Origin: an uncultured Pelagibacteraceae bacterium
GTDB lineage: Bacteria > Pseudomonadota > Alphaproteobacteria > Pelagibacterales > Pelagibacteraceae
Direction: 5' to 3'
Length of the DNA stretch: 64,000 nucleotides
NCBI GenBank assembly: GCA_902519445.1
Contig: CABYJR010000002.1
Location: 2,398 to 66,397 of the forward strand
In this document: in pieces, positions 40,306-50,440 of the stretch
Layout: each line of letters starts with the position of its first letter
How positions within the stretch are numbered: the first letter of the stretch is position 1
The notes under the pieces: model-generated
Told to the model about the DNA's origin: nothing
Databases searched by the model: none
Seen by the model: only the letters and a program-made list of their open reading frames with translations
Program-made: the position numbers and the translations under genes

Positions 40306-41539
40306 TAATATTTTCTTCTAATTTATTTTCAATAAATTTCTTTATTGAAGGATTTTTAATAAATTCTACTACGTCATTTAGAAAACCTTTTATTAAAAGT
40401 TTAGTTGCGTCAGCTCGGGTTAAGCCTCTTGACATTAAATAATATAGTGAATTTTCATCAACGCTTCCTGATGTCGAACCATGTGAACATTTGACATCAT
40501 CCGCATATATTTCTAATTCGGGCTTGGAATTAAATTCAGCATCGTCATTTATCAATAAGGCTTTACTTAATTGATAAGCATCAGTTTTTTGCGCAACATC
40601 TTTCACATAAATTTTACCTTGAAAAATACCCTTACTGTAGGGACTTAAGACGTTTTTTACAGATTGAAAGCTTTTGCAGTTTGGGGCTAAATGATTAATA
40701 CGAGTTTTAATTTCTTGATGTTCATCTTTCTTTAAAAATAAAGCAGATAATATATTACAGTTAGAATTTTTTTCAATCAAATCACATTCTATATCTAATT
40801 TATTAAATTTTAATCCTGAAGAAAAAATTAAGTTAGAGTAACTAGAATTTAAAGATAATTTATTTTTCAGAAACTTGTGAAAAAATCCATTACTTTTATT
40901 ATGCTGTATATTAATATTTTTAAACTTTGAATCTTTTTCTAAGATTACTTCTTCATATGTATTATTTATAAATTTAGATTCATTGATTGTATAATCCATA
41001 ACATGTAGTTCGGAATTTTCATTTAATTTAATTTTATTTTTAATATTTAAAATTTTATTTTCTAAATTCTTAGTGAACAAATTATAAACAACTAAAATTT
41101 TTTTAAACTTATAATTTTTTCCGATTTCTAACAAATAACCATTTTCTGCTAAAGCATGATTAAGACATACCATTGGATTATCACTTATTTTATAATTAGA
41201 ACTACTATTGTAAGAGTTAACTTTAATTTTTTCTTTTTTTTCATAATCAAAATTACTAGAGTGCAAATTTCCATTGATTAAAAAAATATAATTATGTTCA
41301 AAATCTTTAAGTAAATCTATTTTTTTGCTTATTGTTGTGACTTTATTTGTATCTAAGATTTTAAAATTTGTATCTACAATATTTTTAAAATCTGAAAATT
41401 TCCAATCCTCGAGTCTTTTATTTGGAAATCCTGCTGCTTTGAAAAGCTCTAAATTTTTAATTCTAAATTCTTTTTCTTCTAATGTTATTTTATTTATTTT
41501 ATCAATTTGATTTGCATCAATATTAATATTTTCTGGCAT
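40295..41539 (-). CDS. sufD: Fe-S cluster assembly protein SufD
   Basis: 414 aa with a beta-helix C-terminal region homologous to SufB (CSHGSTSG, YYLMSRGL). Confidence 0.88.
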   Translation of the reverse strand: MPENINIDANQIDKINKITLEEKEFRIKNLELFKAAGFPNKRLEDWKFSDFKNIVDTNFKILDTNKVTTISKKIDLLKDFEHNYIFLINGNLHSSNFDYEKKEKIKVNSYNSSSNYKISDNPMVCLNHALAENGYLLEIGKNYKFKKILVVYNLFTKNLENKILNIKNKIKLNENSELHVMDYTINESKFINNTYEEVILEKDSKFKNINIQHNKSNGFFHKFLKNKLSLNSSYSNLIFSSGLKFNKLDIECDLIEKNSNCNILSALFLKKDEHQEIKTRINHLAPNCKSFQSVKNVLSPYSKGIFQGKIYVKDVAQKTDAYQLSKALLINDDAEFNSKPELEIYADDVKCSHGSTSGSVDENSLYYLMSRGLTRADATKLLIKGFLNDVVEFIKNPSIKKFIENKLEENINGY

Positions 41540-41540
41540 A

Positions 41541-42275
41541 TTAATTAAAATTTTTATATCCCGTTTTTTCCAATTCTTCAGCTAACTCACTGCATCCTGT
41601 TTTGACAATTTTTCCATCAGATAGAATATGAACAAAATCAGGTTTAATATAATCAAGCAGTCTTTGATAATGAGTTATAACTAAAAAAGATTTTTTCTTA
41701 TCTCGTGATGAATTTACTCCGTTTGCAATAATTTTAAGTGCATCAATATCCAGTCCTGAATCAGTTTCATCTAAAATGGAGAAGCTAGGATTTAAAATTT
41801 TCATTTGCAAAATTTCATTTTTTTTCTTTTCTCCTCCAGAAAAACCTACATTTAATTGTCTAGAAAGAATTTTTTCATCAATTCCAAGTTCTAGTGATTT
41901 TTCTTTTACTAATTTTAAAAAAGATAATGTGTCAAGTTCCTTGTCACCATTTGCTTTTCTAATTGAATTTAGTGAAGTTTTTAAAAAATTATTTGTATTA
42001 ACCCCAGGTATTTCCAAAGGATATTGAAAAGCTAAAAAAATTCCCTTTTGTGCTCTTTCTTCGACCGGAATCTTTTTTAAACTTTTTCCTTCAAAATTTA
42101 ATTCTCCTGAAATTTCATACCCATTTTTTCCCGACAAAACATTAGCTAAGGTACTTTTTCCTGAACCATTGGGTCCCATAACTGCATGTACCTCTCCCGG
42201 TTTTATTGATAAATTTAATCCTTTTAGAATTTGTCTGTTATTAATCGAAGCTTTTAAGTTTTTAATTTCTAACAT
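41541..42275 (-). CDS. sufC: Fe-S cluster assembly ATPase SufC
   Basis: 244 aa with Walker [10 protein letters not shown], signature FSGGEKKK and Walker [11 protein letters not shown]. Confidence 0.96.
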   Translation of the reverse strand: MLEIKNLKASINNRQILKGLNLSIKPGEVHAVMGPNGSGKSTLANVLSGKNGYEISGELNFEGKSLKKIPVEERAQKGIFLAFQYPLEIPGVNTNNFLKTSLNSIRKANGDKELDTLSFLKLVKEKSLELGIDEKILSRQLNVGFSGGEKKKNEILQMKILNPSFSILDETDSGLDIDALKIIANGVNSSRDKKKSFLVITHYQRLLDYIKPDFVHILSDGKIVKTGCSELAEELEKTGYKNFN

Positions 42276-42675
42276 TTTTTATCTTACCCATCATCATTTC
42301 TATCATTTGGTAAAAACCAGTCTTCCTGTTCATTGTAAGCAATTCATCAAGTTTTATTTTTTTGAAGTGATCAACTGTAATTTTTTTTGCTTCATGTATT
42401 GGAGATGAATTAAAAATATCTATTAAAATGTACGCATAACCACCTGCAACCATGGCATTACTCCATGCTTTAAATTTATTTTCTTCCCAATCTACAAATA
42501 AATCAAATTGGCAACGGCTTACCCTGTTTTGTTCAGTATGTTTATCTTTGCTTAGTGGATTCTCTTCTAATTTTTTGCCAAGCGAAATTAACCATCGATA
42601 TACCTCTAGACTGTCAATCGCCTGTATTGATTCAATATTACTTTTGTATTCTATAAGTTTACTATCAATAATCAT
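42262..42675 (-). CDS. sufE: SufE-like sulfur acceptor protein
   Basis: 137 aa. By eye it aligns over its full length to E. coli SufE: [11 protein letters not shown], the active-site Cys in [12 protein letters not shown] (compare NSIQGCQSQVWI), and [15 protein letters not shown] (compare TPSRSQGLEAMIRAI). Confidence 0.7.
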   Translation of the reverse strand: MIIDSKLIEYKSNIESIQAIDSLEVYRWLISLGKKLEENPLSKDKHTEQNRVSRCQFDLFVDWEENKFKAWSNAMVAGGYAYILIDIFNSSPIHEAKKITVDHFKKIKLDELLTMNRKTGFYQMIEMMMGKIKNVRN

Positions 42676-43109
42676 TATTTATTCTCGAACAGTGAGCTTG
42701 GATTTTTCATAGTTTTAATTTCCATACAATTACCATTTGGGTCTTCAATAAACATGGTTTCTTGCTCTTTTTTCTCGCCTTTGAACCTTACATATGGAGG
42801 GTCAATAAATTTAATTTTTTTACTTATTAATCTTTCCTTTAATTTTTTAAATGTTTCTGCTTCTAGATGTACCCCAAAATGAGGGACTGATACATTTCCC
42901 ATGTCTACATTGTGTCTTTCGCCATTATTTTTTTTGTTAGGATCGGTAGCATGTAAAGTTAATTCATTTCCCCAAAAATTAATGTCGGCCCATGCATCTG
43001 GATATTTAAATTCTGCTTTGCCTCTAGTACAACCTAACACATCGCAATAAAAATATATTGCTGACTCTAAATCCCCTGCTTGTATTGCCAAATGAAATCT
43101 ATTAGTCAT
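42675..43109 (-). CDS. VOC (glyoxalase/bleomycin-resistance/extradiol-dioxygenase fold) family protein of unknown function
   Basis: 144 aa with FHLAI...LESAIYFYCDVLGC, HFGVHL and ME(I)K metal-ligand-like positions. It has 1-nt overlaps with both sufB and sufE. Confidence 0.7.
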   Translation of the reverse strand: MTNRFHLAIQAGDLESAIYFYCDVLGCTRGKAEFKYPDAWADINFWGNELTLHATDPNKKNNGERHNVDMGNVSVPHFGVHLEAETFKKLKERLISKKIKFIDPPYVRFKGEKKEQETMFIEDPNGNCMEIKTMKNPSSLFENK

Positions 43110-44545
43110 TATCCAACACTTCCTTCTAAGCTAATACCAACCAATTTTTGGGCTTCAACCGCAAATTCCATTGGTAACTGTTGTAAAACCTCTTTACAAA
43201 AACCATTTACAATTAAACCCACGGCCTCTTCCTGATTTAATCCTCTTTGATTGCAATAATATAATTGTTCCTCGTTTATTTTTGAAGTCGTGGCTTCATG
43301 CTCTACAGTTGAAGATGAATTTTTGTTTTTTATATAAGGTACTGTGTGGGCTCCACATTTATTTCCCATTAACAAGGAATCACACTGGGTATAATTTCTG
43401 GAATTTGAAGCTTTTTTACTAATATCAACTAATCCTCTATAAGTATTATCAGCTTTACCAGCAGATATTCCTTTTGAAATAATTTTACTTTTTGTATTTT
43501 TTCCACGATGAATCATTTTTGTTCCTGTATCTGCTTTTTGGTGATTGTTTGTAATAGCTATTGAATAAAACTCTCCTACTGAATTATCTCCTTGTAAAAT
43601 ACAGCTAGGATACTTCCACGTAATAGCCGATCCTGTTTCCACTTGCGTCCACGATATTTTTGAATTTTTTCCTCTACATGCTCCTCTTTTTGTTACAAAA
43701 TTATATATTCCTCCTTTTCCATCTTTATCTCCTGGATACCAGTTTTGAACTGTAGAATATTTAATTTCAGCATCATCTAAGGCAACTAACTCTACATTAG
43801 CGGCATGCAGTTGATTTTCATCTCTCATAGGTGCTGTGCATCCCTCTAGATAACTTACATAACTTCCTTTATCAGCTATAATTAACGTTCTTTCAAACTG
43901 CCCAGTTTCAGATGCATTTATTCTAAAATAAGTTGACAGTTCCATGGGGCATCTAACTCCCTCAGGAATGTAGACAAAAGAACCATCGGTAAAAACTGCA
44001 GAATTTAAAGTAGCAAAATAATGATCTGTAATTGGAATAACTGAACCTAAATATTTTTTTACAAGATTAGGGTGTTTTTGTATAGCTTCAGAAATAGGAC
44101 AAAAAATAATTCCTTTTTCAGTTAGTTTATCTTTAAATGTTGTGGCTACAGACACTGAATCAAAAACTGCATCAACAGCAACTCCTGCTAGTTTTTCTTG
44201 TTCCTTTAAAGGGATTCCAAGTTTTTTATATGTTTCAATTAATTTAGGATCAACTTCATCTAAACTTTTTGGTTTATCTTTTGCACTTTTTGGTGCCGAA
44301 TAATAATATAAGTTTTGGTAATTAATTTTTGGATATTTTGGTTTTTGCCAATTTGGTTCCTTAATATTTTTTAATCTATTAAATGCTTTCATTCTCCAGT
44401 CCAACATCCATTTAGGTTCTTTTTTTATTTTAGATATAAATTTAATAACTTCTTCATTTAATCCTTTTGGAGCCCTAATGCTTTCAATATCAGTTGTAAA
44501 ACCGTACTTATAATCTTTTATTTTTTTTAACTCTTGCTGTTTCAT
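43109..44545 (-). CDS. sufB: Fe-S cluster assembly scaffold protein SufB
   Basis: 478 aa with a highly conserved SufB core ([33 protein letters not shown]). Confidence 0.97.
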   Translation of the reverse strand: MKQQELKKIKDYKYGFTTDIESIRAPKGLNEEVIKFISKIKKEPKWMLDWRMKAFNRLKNIKEPNWQKPKYPKINYQNLYYYSAPKSAKDKPKSLDEVDPKLIETYKKLGIPLKEQEKLAGVAVDAVFDSVSVATTFKDKLTEKGIIFCPISEAIQKHPNLVKKYLGSVIPITDHYFATLNSAVFTDGSFVYIPEGVRCPMELSTYFRINASETGQFERTLIIADKGSYVSYLEGCTAPMRDENQLHAANVELVALDDAEIKYSTVQNWYPGDKDGKGGIYNFVTKRGACRGKNSKISWTQVETGSAITWKYPSCILQGDNSVGEFYSIAITNNHQKADTGTKMIHRGKNTKSKIISKGISAGKADNTYRGLVDISKKASNSRNYTQCDSLLMGNKCGAHTVPYIKNKNSSSTVEHEATTSKINEEQLYYCNQRGLNQEEAVGLIVNGFCKEVLQQLPMEFAVEAQKLVGISLEGSVG

Positions 44546-44982
44546 TGATTTATTTCTTTTTGTTGGTTTTTTCTAACTCTGTAAATAATATCTTTAAGAG
44601 TATTTTTTTCAAAAAAATTGTTTATATGAGTTTCAAGATCATCCCACAAACTATGAGTAATACATTTGATTGACTTTCCAGTGCATCCTTTTTTAGATTC
44701 TTTTTTACATCCTACGGTTTTCACTTTTTCATCAACTGCCTCAATTATGCTTGATAATTTTATCTCCTCAGGAGATCTTGTAAGGGAATATCCGCCACTG
44801 GGACCTCTTGAACTTTTGACTAAATTATTTTTTTTTAATTGTAAAAAAATTTGTTCTAAAAATGATATGGAAATCCCTTGTCTCAAAGAAATTTCAGTTA
44901 AATTTGTGGTTTGTTTATCTTTGACATTAGCTAAATCCGCCATAGCCATTACTGCGTATCGACCCTTGCTTGTTAGTTTCAT
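44542..44982 (-). CDS. iscR: Rrf2-family transcriptional regulator, IscR-like with Cys3-His cluster ligands
   Basis: 146 aa with winged [21 protein letters not shown] and the ligand spacing [20 protein letters not shown]. It is the first gene of the suf string and overlaps sufB by 4 nt. Confidence 0.82.
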   Translation of the reverse strand: MKLTSKGRYAVMAMADLANVKDKQTTNLTEISLRQGISISFLEQIFLQLKKNNLVKSSRGPSGGYSLTRSPEEIKLSSIIEAVDEKVKTVGCKKESKKGCTGKSIKCITHSLWDDLETHINNFFEKNTLKDIIYRVRKNQQKEINQ

Positions 44983-45002
44983 ATTAAATAGTCCTTATTT
45001 TA

Positions 45003-45067
45003 AGTAGTTAATTAATGATTCCTACTAAAAAGGTCAAGTATAGAAATAAATAAAATAGCCGCGCTAT
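45003..45067. promoter_or_regulatory. Candidate operator/promoter elements in the iscR-like/hydrolase divergent spacer
   Basis: Two elements. AGTAG-N14-CTACT is an inverted repeat (45003-45026) containing a TTAATTAA core. ATAGC-CGC-GCTAT is a GC-rich dyad (45055-45067) in an otherwise AT-rich spacer. Confidence 0.2.
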
Positions 45068-45123
45068 AAACATGTTATAAAGCTAGTCTTTTTTTGAGAT
45101 TAAGTATCATTACTAATCAGATT

Positions 45124-45780
45124 ATGACTTTAAAAAATAAAGAAATATTTATTCCTGGATCAAGTGGTCGAATACAAGCAAAGTATTTTAAAAGCAAACA
45201 AAGAGGAGCTCCTGTTGCTTTAGTTCTTCAACCTCATCCACAATACGGAGGAACTATGAATAATAAAATAGTTTGTGAAACTTACAATTGTTTTTACAAA
45301 AATAATTTTTCAGTAATTAGAATTAATTTTAGAGGAGTAGACAAGAGTGATGGTGTATTTGATAATGGTCAAGGAGAACTTTCGGATGCCGCTGCTGCAC
45401 TTGATTGGATTGAAAAAGAAAATCCAGGTTATAGCCAATGTTGGGTATCAGGATTCTCTTTTGGCGCTTTAATTTGTATGCAATTAATAATGCGTAGACC
45501 AGAAGTTAACAAATTTATTACAATATCACCTCAACCAAATTTATATGATTTTAGTTTTTTATCACCATGCCCAATTTCTGGAATAGTTGCTTATGGAAAA
45601 AATGATGAACTTGTTCATTTAGATCATATTTTAAATCTTAAAAAAAGACTCAGTATGCAAAAAAATATTGATGTAAAATTTGAATCTATTAATAATGCAA
45701 ATCATTTTTTTAAAAATAAAGAAAAAGAATTATCTACAATTATAGATCGTTATATAAAAGACAAAGTTACAATAGTTTAA
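45124..45780 (+). CDS. Alpha/beta-fold hydrolase (small single-domain, GxSxG)
   Basis: 218 aa from the ATG at 45124; the ORF-track TTG start at 45094 is less likely. Nucleophile elbow VSGFSFGA and a C-terminal His context (NANHFF). Confidence 0.75.
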   Translation: MTLKNKEIFIPGSSGRIQAKYFKSKQRGAPVALVLQPHPQYGGTMNNKIVCETYNCFYKNNFSVIRINFRGVDKSDGVFDNGQGELSDAAAALDWIEKENPGYSQCWVSGFSFGALICMQLIMRRPEVNKFITISPQPNLYDFSFLSPCPISGIVAYGKNDELVHLDHILNLKKRLSMQKNIDVKFESINNANHFFKNKEKELSTIIDRYIKDKVTIV

Positions 45781-46883
45781 TAATTAAGAATGATTCCCCC
45801 GGTGCAAGGTGCATTTACACCTGTGGTTTCAGGAAATGAAATAGGTAATTTTAAAAAGGATCTTGTAGCCAAATAAGCAAACGCTTGGGACTCTACAAAA
45901 TCACCATCAATTTTATATTCATCAATTAATTCTATACGCTTACTATCATTTCTTAATCTTTCGACTAAAAAACCATTTTTTCTACCGCCTCCACACAAAA
46001 TTATTTTTTCTTTATATCGATTTCCTGCTTTAATTGCATAAATTATTATTTTAGCGGTAAATTCTGTCAATGTTGCTAAACCATCTTCCAAAGATAAATT
46101 GTTTACAAACGAAAAATCAAAATATTTAGTATCAAATGATTGTATAATGTCTGTTCTTAAAACATTTTCTTTTTGATTGAAATTTTTTACCAATTTATCT
46201 AATGCTAATTTATTTACTCTCCCAGATCTTGCCAATATTCCATTTTCGTCATAATTTTTTTTTGATTTTTTTCTTATCCATCTATCAATTAAACACATTC
46301 CGGGACCTATATCAGTTCCTGACATGGTATCATCACTTGAAATGGTAGTAATATTTGTTATCCCTCCTATATTAACAAAAGTCACATCTTTAAATCCAAA
46401 TTTTTTTTTTAACAATTTATGAAATATCGGTGTAAGCGGAGCACCATGACCTCCGTTTTTTAAATCATTTTGTCTAAAGTCATAAATAACACTTTTTTTT
46501 GTAAGTTTTGAAAGTAATTTTCCGTCGCCTAATTGTTTTGAAATTTTTTCTTTAGCATTATGGAAAATCGTTTGCCCATGAAAACCTAGAAAATCAATAC
46601 TTGTTTTAGAATTTTCAATAATTTCATTAACTACTTTTGCATGAAATAAAGTTATTTCTTTTTCAAGAGGTTGTATTTTTTCTGAAAGATTCTCTAAATC
46701 TTTTGAATTGTTTATTTCCTCTTTAAGATTATGAATATTTTGATAAATACTCTGGCTATATTTAAAATATTTGTCTAAAATTACTTCATATTCAGTATCA
46801 CCATTTGATTGAATAATTGAAGCATCTACACCATCAGCTGATGTGCCACTCATTAAGCCTAAACTACAATAAAATTTGCTCAT
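45777..46883 (-). CDS. anmK: Anhydro-N-acetylmuramic acid kinase
   Basis: 368 aa with N-terminal GLMSGTSADGVDA, NIGGITN and a C-terminal TTGVNAPCTGG. Confidence 0.9.
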   Translation of the reverse strand: MSKFYCSLGLMSGTSADGVDASIIQSNGDTEYEVILDKYFKYSQSIYQNIHNLKEEINNSKDLENLSEKIQPLEKEITLFHAKVVNEIIENSKTSIDFLGFHGQTIFHNAKEKISKQLGDGKLLSKLTKKSVIYDFRQNDLKNGGHGAPLTPIFHKLLKKKFGFKDVTFVNIGGITNITTISSDDTMSGTDIGPGMCLIDRWIRKKSKKNYDENGILARSGRVNKLALDKLVKNFNQKENVLRTDIIQSFDTKYFDFSFVNNLSLEDGLATLTEFTAKIIIYAIKAGNRYKEKIILCGGGRKNGFLVERLRNDSKRIELIDEYKIDGDFVESQAFAYLATRSFLKLPISFPETTGVNAPCTGGIILNY

Positions 46884-46944
46884 AAATTATATTTAATTTA
46901 AAAGGAATCTTGTATATTACAACTTTAAATAAGCTGAAAAATTC

Positions 46945-48183
46945 ATGCAAGAAACATTTCTAACTGAGTTTCAAAAAAGGGGTTACTTTAACCAATGTAC
47001 TGACCGCTCTGCATTAAGTGAATTAATGTCAAAAACTAAGATTAAGGCATATATTGGTTTCGATTGCACAGCCCCAAGCCTACATGTTGGAAGTTTAATG
47101 CAAATCATGTGCCTTCGTCTTCTTCAAAAATATGGTCATCAGCCAATTGTCCTGCTTGGAGGAGGAACAACACTTATAGGAGACCCTTCTGGTAAAGAAG
47201 AGACTAGAAAAATTCTTGATAAAAAAGAAATTGATAAAAATATTAAAAGCATTGAGAATGTGTTCAAAATTTTTTTAAAATCAAAAAATTCAAAAACTAA
47301 ACCTATCTTTGTTAATAATTATTCCTGGTTAAGTAAATTAAATTATATTAATTTTTTAAGAGAGATTGGTAAACACTTCACTATAAATAAAATGTTAACT
47401 TTTGACAGCGTTAAGTTAAGATTGGAAAGACAACAATCTTTAAGCTACATGGAATTTAATTACATGATGCTTCAATCCTATGATTTTTACGAACTTAATA
47501 AAAGACACAAATGTGTATTACAAATTGGAGGCTCGGATCAATGGGGCAATATAGTTAATGGGGCTGATTTGATTAAAAGAAAAGATAAAAAACTTGCCTA
47601 CGGATTAACTACTCCTTTGATTACCCTCTCTTCAGGAACAAAAATGGGAAAAACAGAAAAAGGTGCCGTTTGGTTAAATAAAAAAATGCTTTCACCTTAT
47701 GACTACTGGCAATTCTGGAGAAACACTCATGACAAAGATGTCATAAATTTTTTAAAACTTTTTACAGATTTAGAAGTAGAGAAAATAGAAAATTTAAAAA
47801 ATAATAAAGATATTAATGAACTTAAAATTTTACTTGCTAATGAAGCTACAACAATGCTTCATGGATCTAAATCTGCAAAAGATTCTGAATCTACTGCAAA
47901 AAAAACTTTTAAGGAAAAATCTGTTGGAAAAGATCTGCCTACGATAAAAATAAAAAAAAACCAAATAAATAATGGAATAAATATATTAGATTTGGTTCTT
48001 TTAACAAAATTAGCTAATTCAAAAGGAGAAGTGAGAAGAATAATTAAAAATAATGGTTTAAAAATTAACAATGAAACTATATCTGACGAAAATAAAATAT
48101 TTTATGAAGATAGTTTTGGCCAAAATAACAGCATGAAAGTTTCTCATGGAAAAAAACAGCATGTGATCTTAAAGATTATTTAG
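46945..48183 (+). CDS. tyrS: Tyrosyl-tRNA synthetase
   Basis: 412 aa with a HIGH-type motif (PSLHVGS), a KMSKS-type motif (KMGKT) and a C-terminal S4-like domain. Confidence 0.95.
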   Translation: MQETFLTEFQKRGYFNQCTDRSALSELMSKTKIKAYIGFDCTAPSLHVGSLMQIMCLRLLQKYGHQPIVLLGGGTTLIGDPSGKEETRKILDKKEIDKNIKSIENVFKIFLKSKNSKTKPIFVNNYSWLSKLNYINFLREIGKHFTINKMLTFDSVKLRLERQQSLSYMEFNYMMLQSYDFYELNKRHKCVLQIGGSDQWGNIVNGADLIKRKDKKLAYGLTTPLITLSSGTKMGKTEKGAVWLNKKMLSPYDYWQFWRNTHDKDVINFLKLFTDLEVEKIENLKNNKDINELKILLANEATTMLHGSKSAKDSESTAKKTFKEKSVGKDLPTIKIKKNQINNGINILDLVLLTKLANSKGEVRRIIKNNGLKINNETISDENKIFYEDSFGQNNSMKVSHGKKQHVILKII

Positions 48184-50440
48184 ACTCTTCCTGCTTTTTT
48201 TTCTTCATTTTTTCAACAGCCCTAACAATAAATCTTGGTGTTAATGTCTTAATTGGATTAACTGTAGTTTTTATATCTTTTGGAGGCCCTTTCATTTTAA
48301 AACTTACACCAACCACTCCCTCTCCAGTTTTTTTTCCTACTAAAATATCACCAACGAGCGGGATCGAAGCTATGATTGCATTTAATTTTGTTGCCGGAAC
48401 TAAAGTTCCACGTAAACTTACAGTTTTTCCTTTGTCCACATATCCTTCTAGCAATATTGAAACAGCTGGTCCAATTGCTAAAGCATCTTCAATATTCATA
48501 ACATTGCCTTTTGAATTTGATTTCATTTCAAAAGATTCAAACCTTATTCCTTCGCCACTAAGTGTATCTGCTATTCCTTGCAAAGATGCTAAGGTCAATA
48601 ATTGCGCTAGTGCAGGAACTTTTGAAACTTTAAAATTTGTTATTATTAAATTTGAACTACTGCCTTCTTCAGAAATAGTTGACTCATATTCTAATTTGCC
48701 GTCCTCAAATCCCTTCACAAAATCAAAGTTTTTTATAAAAGGTCTCGCTCGATCTGAAATTACTTGAAGTGTTTTTTTATTATTATCAATTTGATAAATT
48801 GACATTTCAATTATTTCATTTTCAGCAAAATTTCCTTTTAAACTTAACTTGTCAAAAGAACCTCTATTAATAGAAGCAATCATGGCAAAATTCGTAACAT
48901 CATCATTTGTACCAGTAATAGTTTTGTCAAAATTAATTTTTATCTCGCTGCTAAATTTTTTGCTAAAAGTTTTTCTATCATCTTTTTTGAAAAGTGATTT
49001 AAGTAAAGGCTCTGCATCAAATATATTACCAGAAATTTCAACTTTATTTGATTTTTTTACTAAAAAATCATTATTTTCACTTCCATTATTAAAAGTTTTA
49101 ATTTTTAATTCTTTAAAATCTTCTGTTTCAAAATTTTTATTTAATTTTAAATTTTTTATATCAATTATTGTTTTGTCTGATTTAAAAATAAATTTTGTTA
49201 TATTTATATATTTTTTTGGTATAAAGTTGAAATTAAAGTCTATTTCAGATTCTTTTCCATTATCCTTAATATAATTTAATTTAGAAATATTGATTTGAGA
49301 ATTGGTTAAATTAGCTTTTCCAACAACATTAAAGCTTTCTTTATTAGAGTCGTAAATCTGTTTTAAATTATAGCTATCAAATTCATTGCTCATTTTCATC
49401 AAACCATTTAATTCAATAGTGCTAGAAGATTTAGTTTTTATTAGGTTAATTTTAGAATCTTTGAGTGTTATCCTATCTTTATAATTAGGTAAATATTTTT
49501 TTATAATTTTTTTTTCATTAAAATATATTTCGCTATAAGGAATTTCACCTTCAACCGAGTAAACTAAATTTCTTATTCTATAATTTTTATTCAATTTAAA
49601 GTTTACATAAGTTTTAAGATCTGTTTTACCTTCAATATTTTTAATATTATCAATATTAAAATTTAATAAAGATGATATTTTTTTTACATTTGCAAAATTA
49701 AAATCCCCTTTTGTTTTCAATAAGCTTTTCACTTTTGTTTCATTATTATCTCGTTTCAATTCAAATATACTATCTGTCAAATCAAAATCTAATAAAGATC
49801 CTTTTTTAATTGCAATATTAAACAAATTTGCAGAATCTTCTTTTGTATGTTTTATTTCAGTAGTTAAATTTTTTATTTGAAATTTTTTTGTTATATTAAT
49901 TGAAGCGTCAAGTATCCTGCCAGAAAAACCATAATCGTTTCCTATGTCTCCATTAACATCAAATGGAATTATAAATTCCCCATCTATTTGCCCTTGATCA
50001 AATATTTTACCTATTTGTTTATTAATTATTTTCGGAACAAAAATATTAGTAATCTTAGATAAATCTTTAATGTGATTTTTTGCGAATGCAACTTCAGCTC
50101 TTTTCAATAAAAAATTTGAACTGAAAAAAGATTTTATTGATAAAAATAAGTTTAGTTTTGACAAATTAATTTGATTATTTTTAATTATAATTCTAGGTTC
50201 TTTTAACTTTACTGCTAAATTTAATTCTGTTGGGTTAAGATGTATTTTGGTCTTGTTAAATTCTAGTTTTACATTTTCATTTACTTCATTAGCCTTTTCT
50301 TTAATTAAGGCATCAAATTTATTAGTCTCTATTCCAAAAAAACTTAAATAAAGAGTAAAAGAAAAAAATATAACTAATAATATAATAAAAATTTTTAAAA
50401 AAAATTTACCCATTTCTTTATTTGCGTCCTTTCGTATCAT
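48176..50440 (-). CDS. Large envelope protein, AsmA/YhdP-like (DUF3971-type), single N-terminal TM anchor
   Basis: 754 aa with N-terminal anchor FFLKIFIILLVIFFSFTLYLSFFGI, a long beta-rich Asn/Lys-rich body and a conserved-looking C-terminus LVGDILVGKKTGEGVVGVSFKMKGPPKDIKTTVNP. The family assignment is made by pattern only. Confidence 0.5.
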   Translation of the reverse strand: MIRKDANKEMGKFFLKIFIILLVIFFSFTLYLSFFGIETNKFDALIKEKANEVNENVKLEFNKTKIHLNPTELNLAVKLKEPRIIIKNNQINLSKLNLFLSIKSFFSSNFLLKRAEVAFAKNHIKDLSKITNIFVPKIINKQIGKIFDQGQIDGEFIIPFDVNGDIGNDYGFSGRILDASINITKKFQIKNLTTEIKHTKEDSANLFNIAIKKGSLLDFDLTDSIFELKRDNNETKVKSLLKTKGDFNFANVKKISSLLNFNIDNIKNIEGKTDLKTYVNFKLNKNYRIRNLVYSVEGEIPYSEIYFNEKKIIKKYLPNYKDRITLKDSKINLIKTKSSSTIELNGLMKMSNEFDSYNLKQIYDSNKESFNVVGKANLTNSQINISKLNYIKDNGKESEIDFNFNFIPKKYINITKFIFKSDKTIIDIKNLKLNKNFETEDFKELKIKTFNNGSENNDFLVKKSNKVEISGNIFDAEPLLKSLFKKDDRKTFSKKFSSEIKINFDKTITGTNDDVTNFAMIASINRGSFDKLSLKGNFAENEIIEMSIYQIDNNKKTLQVISDRARPFIKNFDFVKGFEDGKLEYESTISEEGSSSNLIITNFKVSKVPALAQLLTLASLQGIADTLSGEGIRFESFEMKSNSKGNVMNIEDALAIGPAVSILLEGYVDKGKTVSLRGTLVPATKLNAIIASIPLVGDILVGKKTGEGVVGVSFKMKGPPKDIKTTVNPIKTLTPRFIVRAVEKMKKKKQEESK

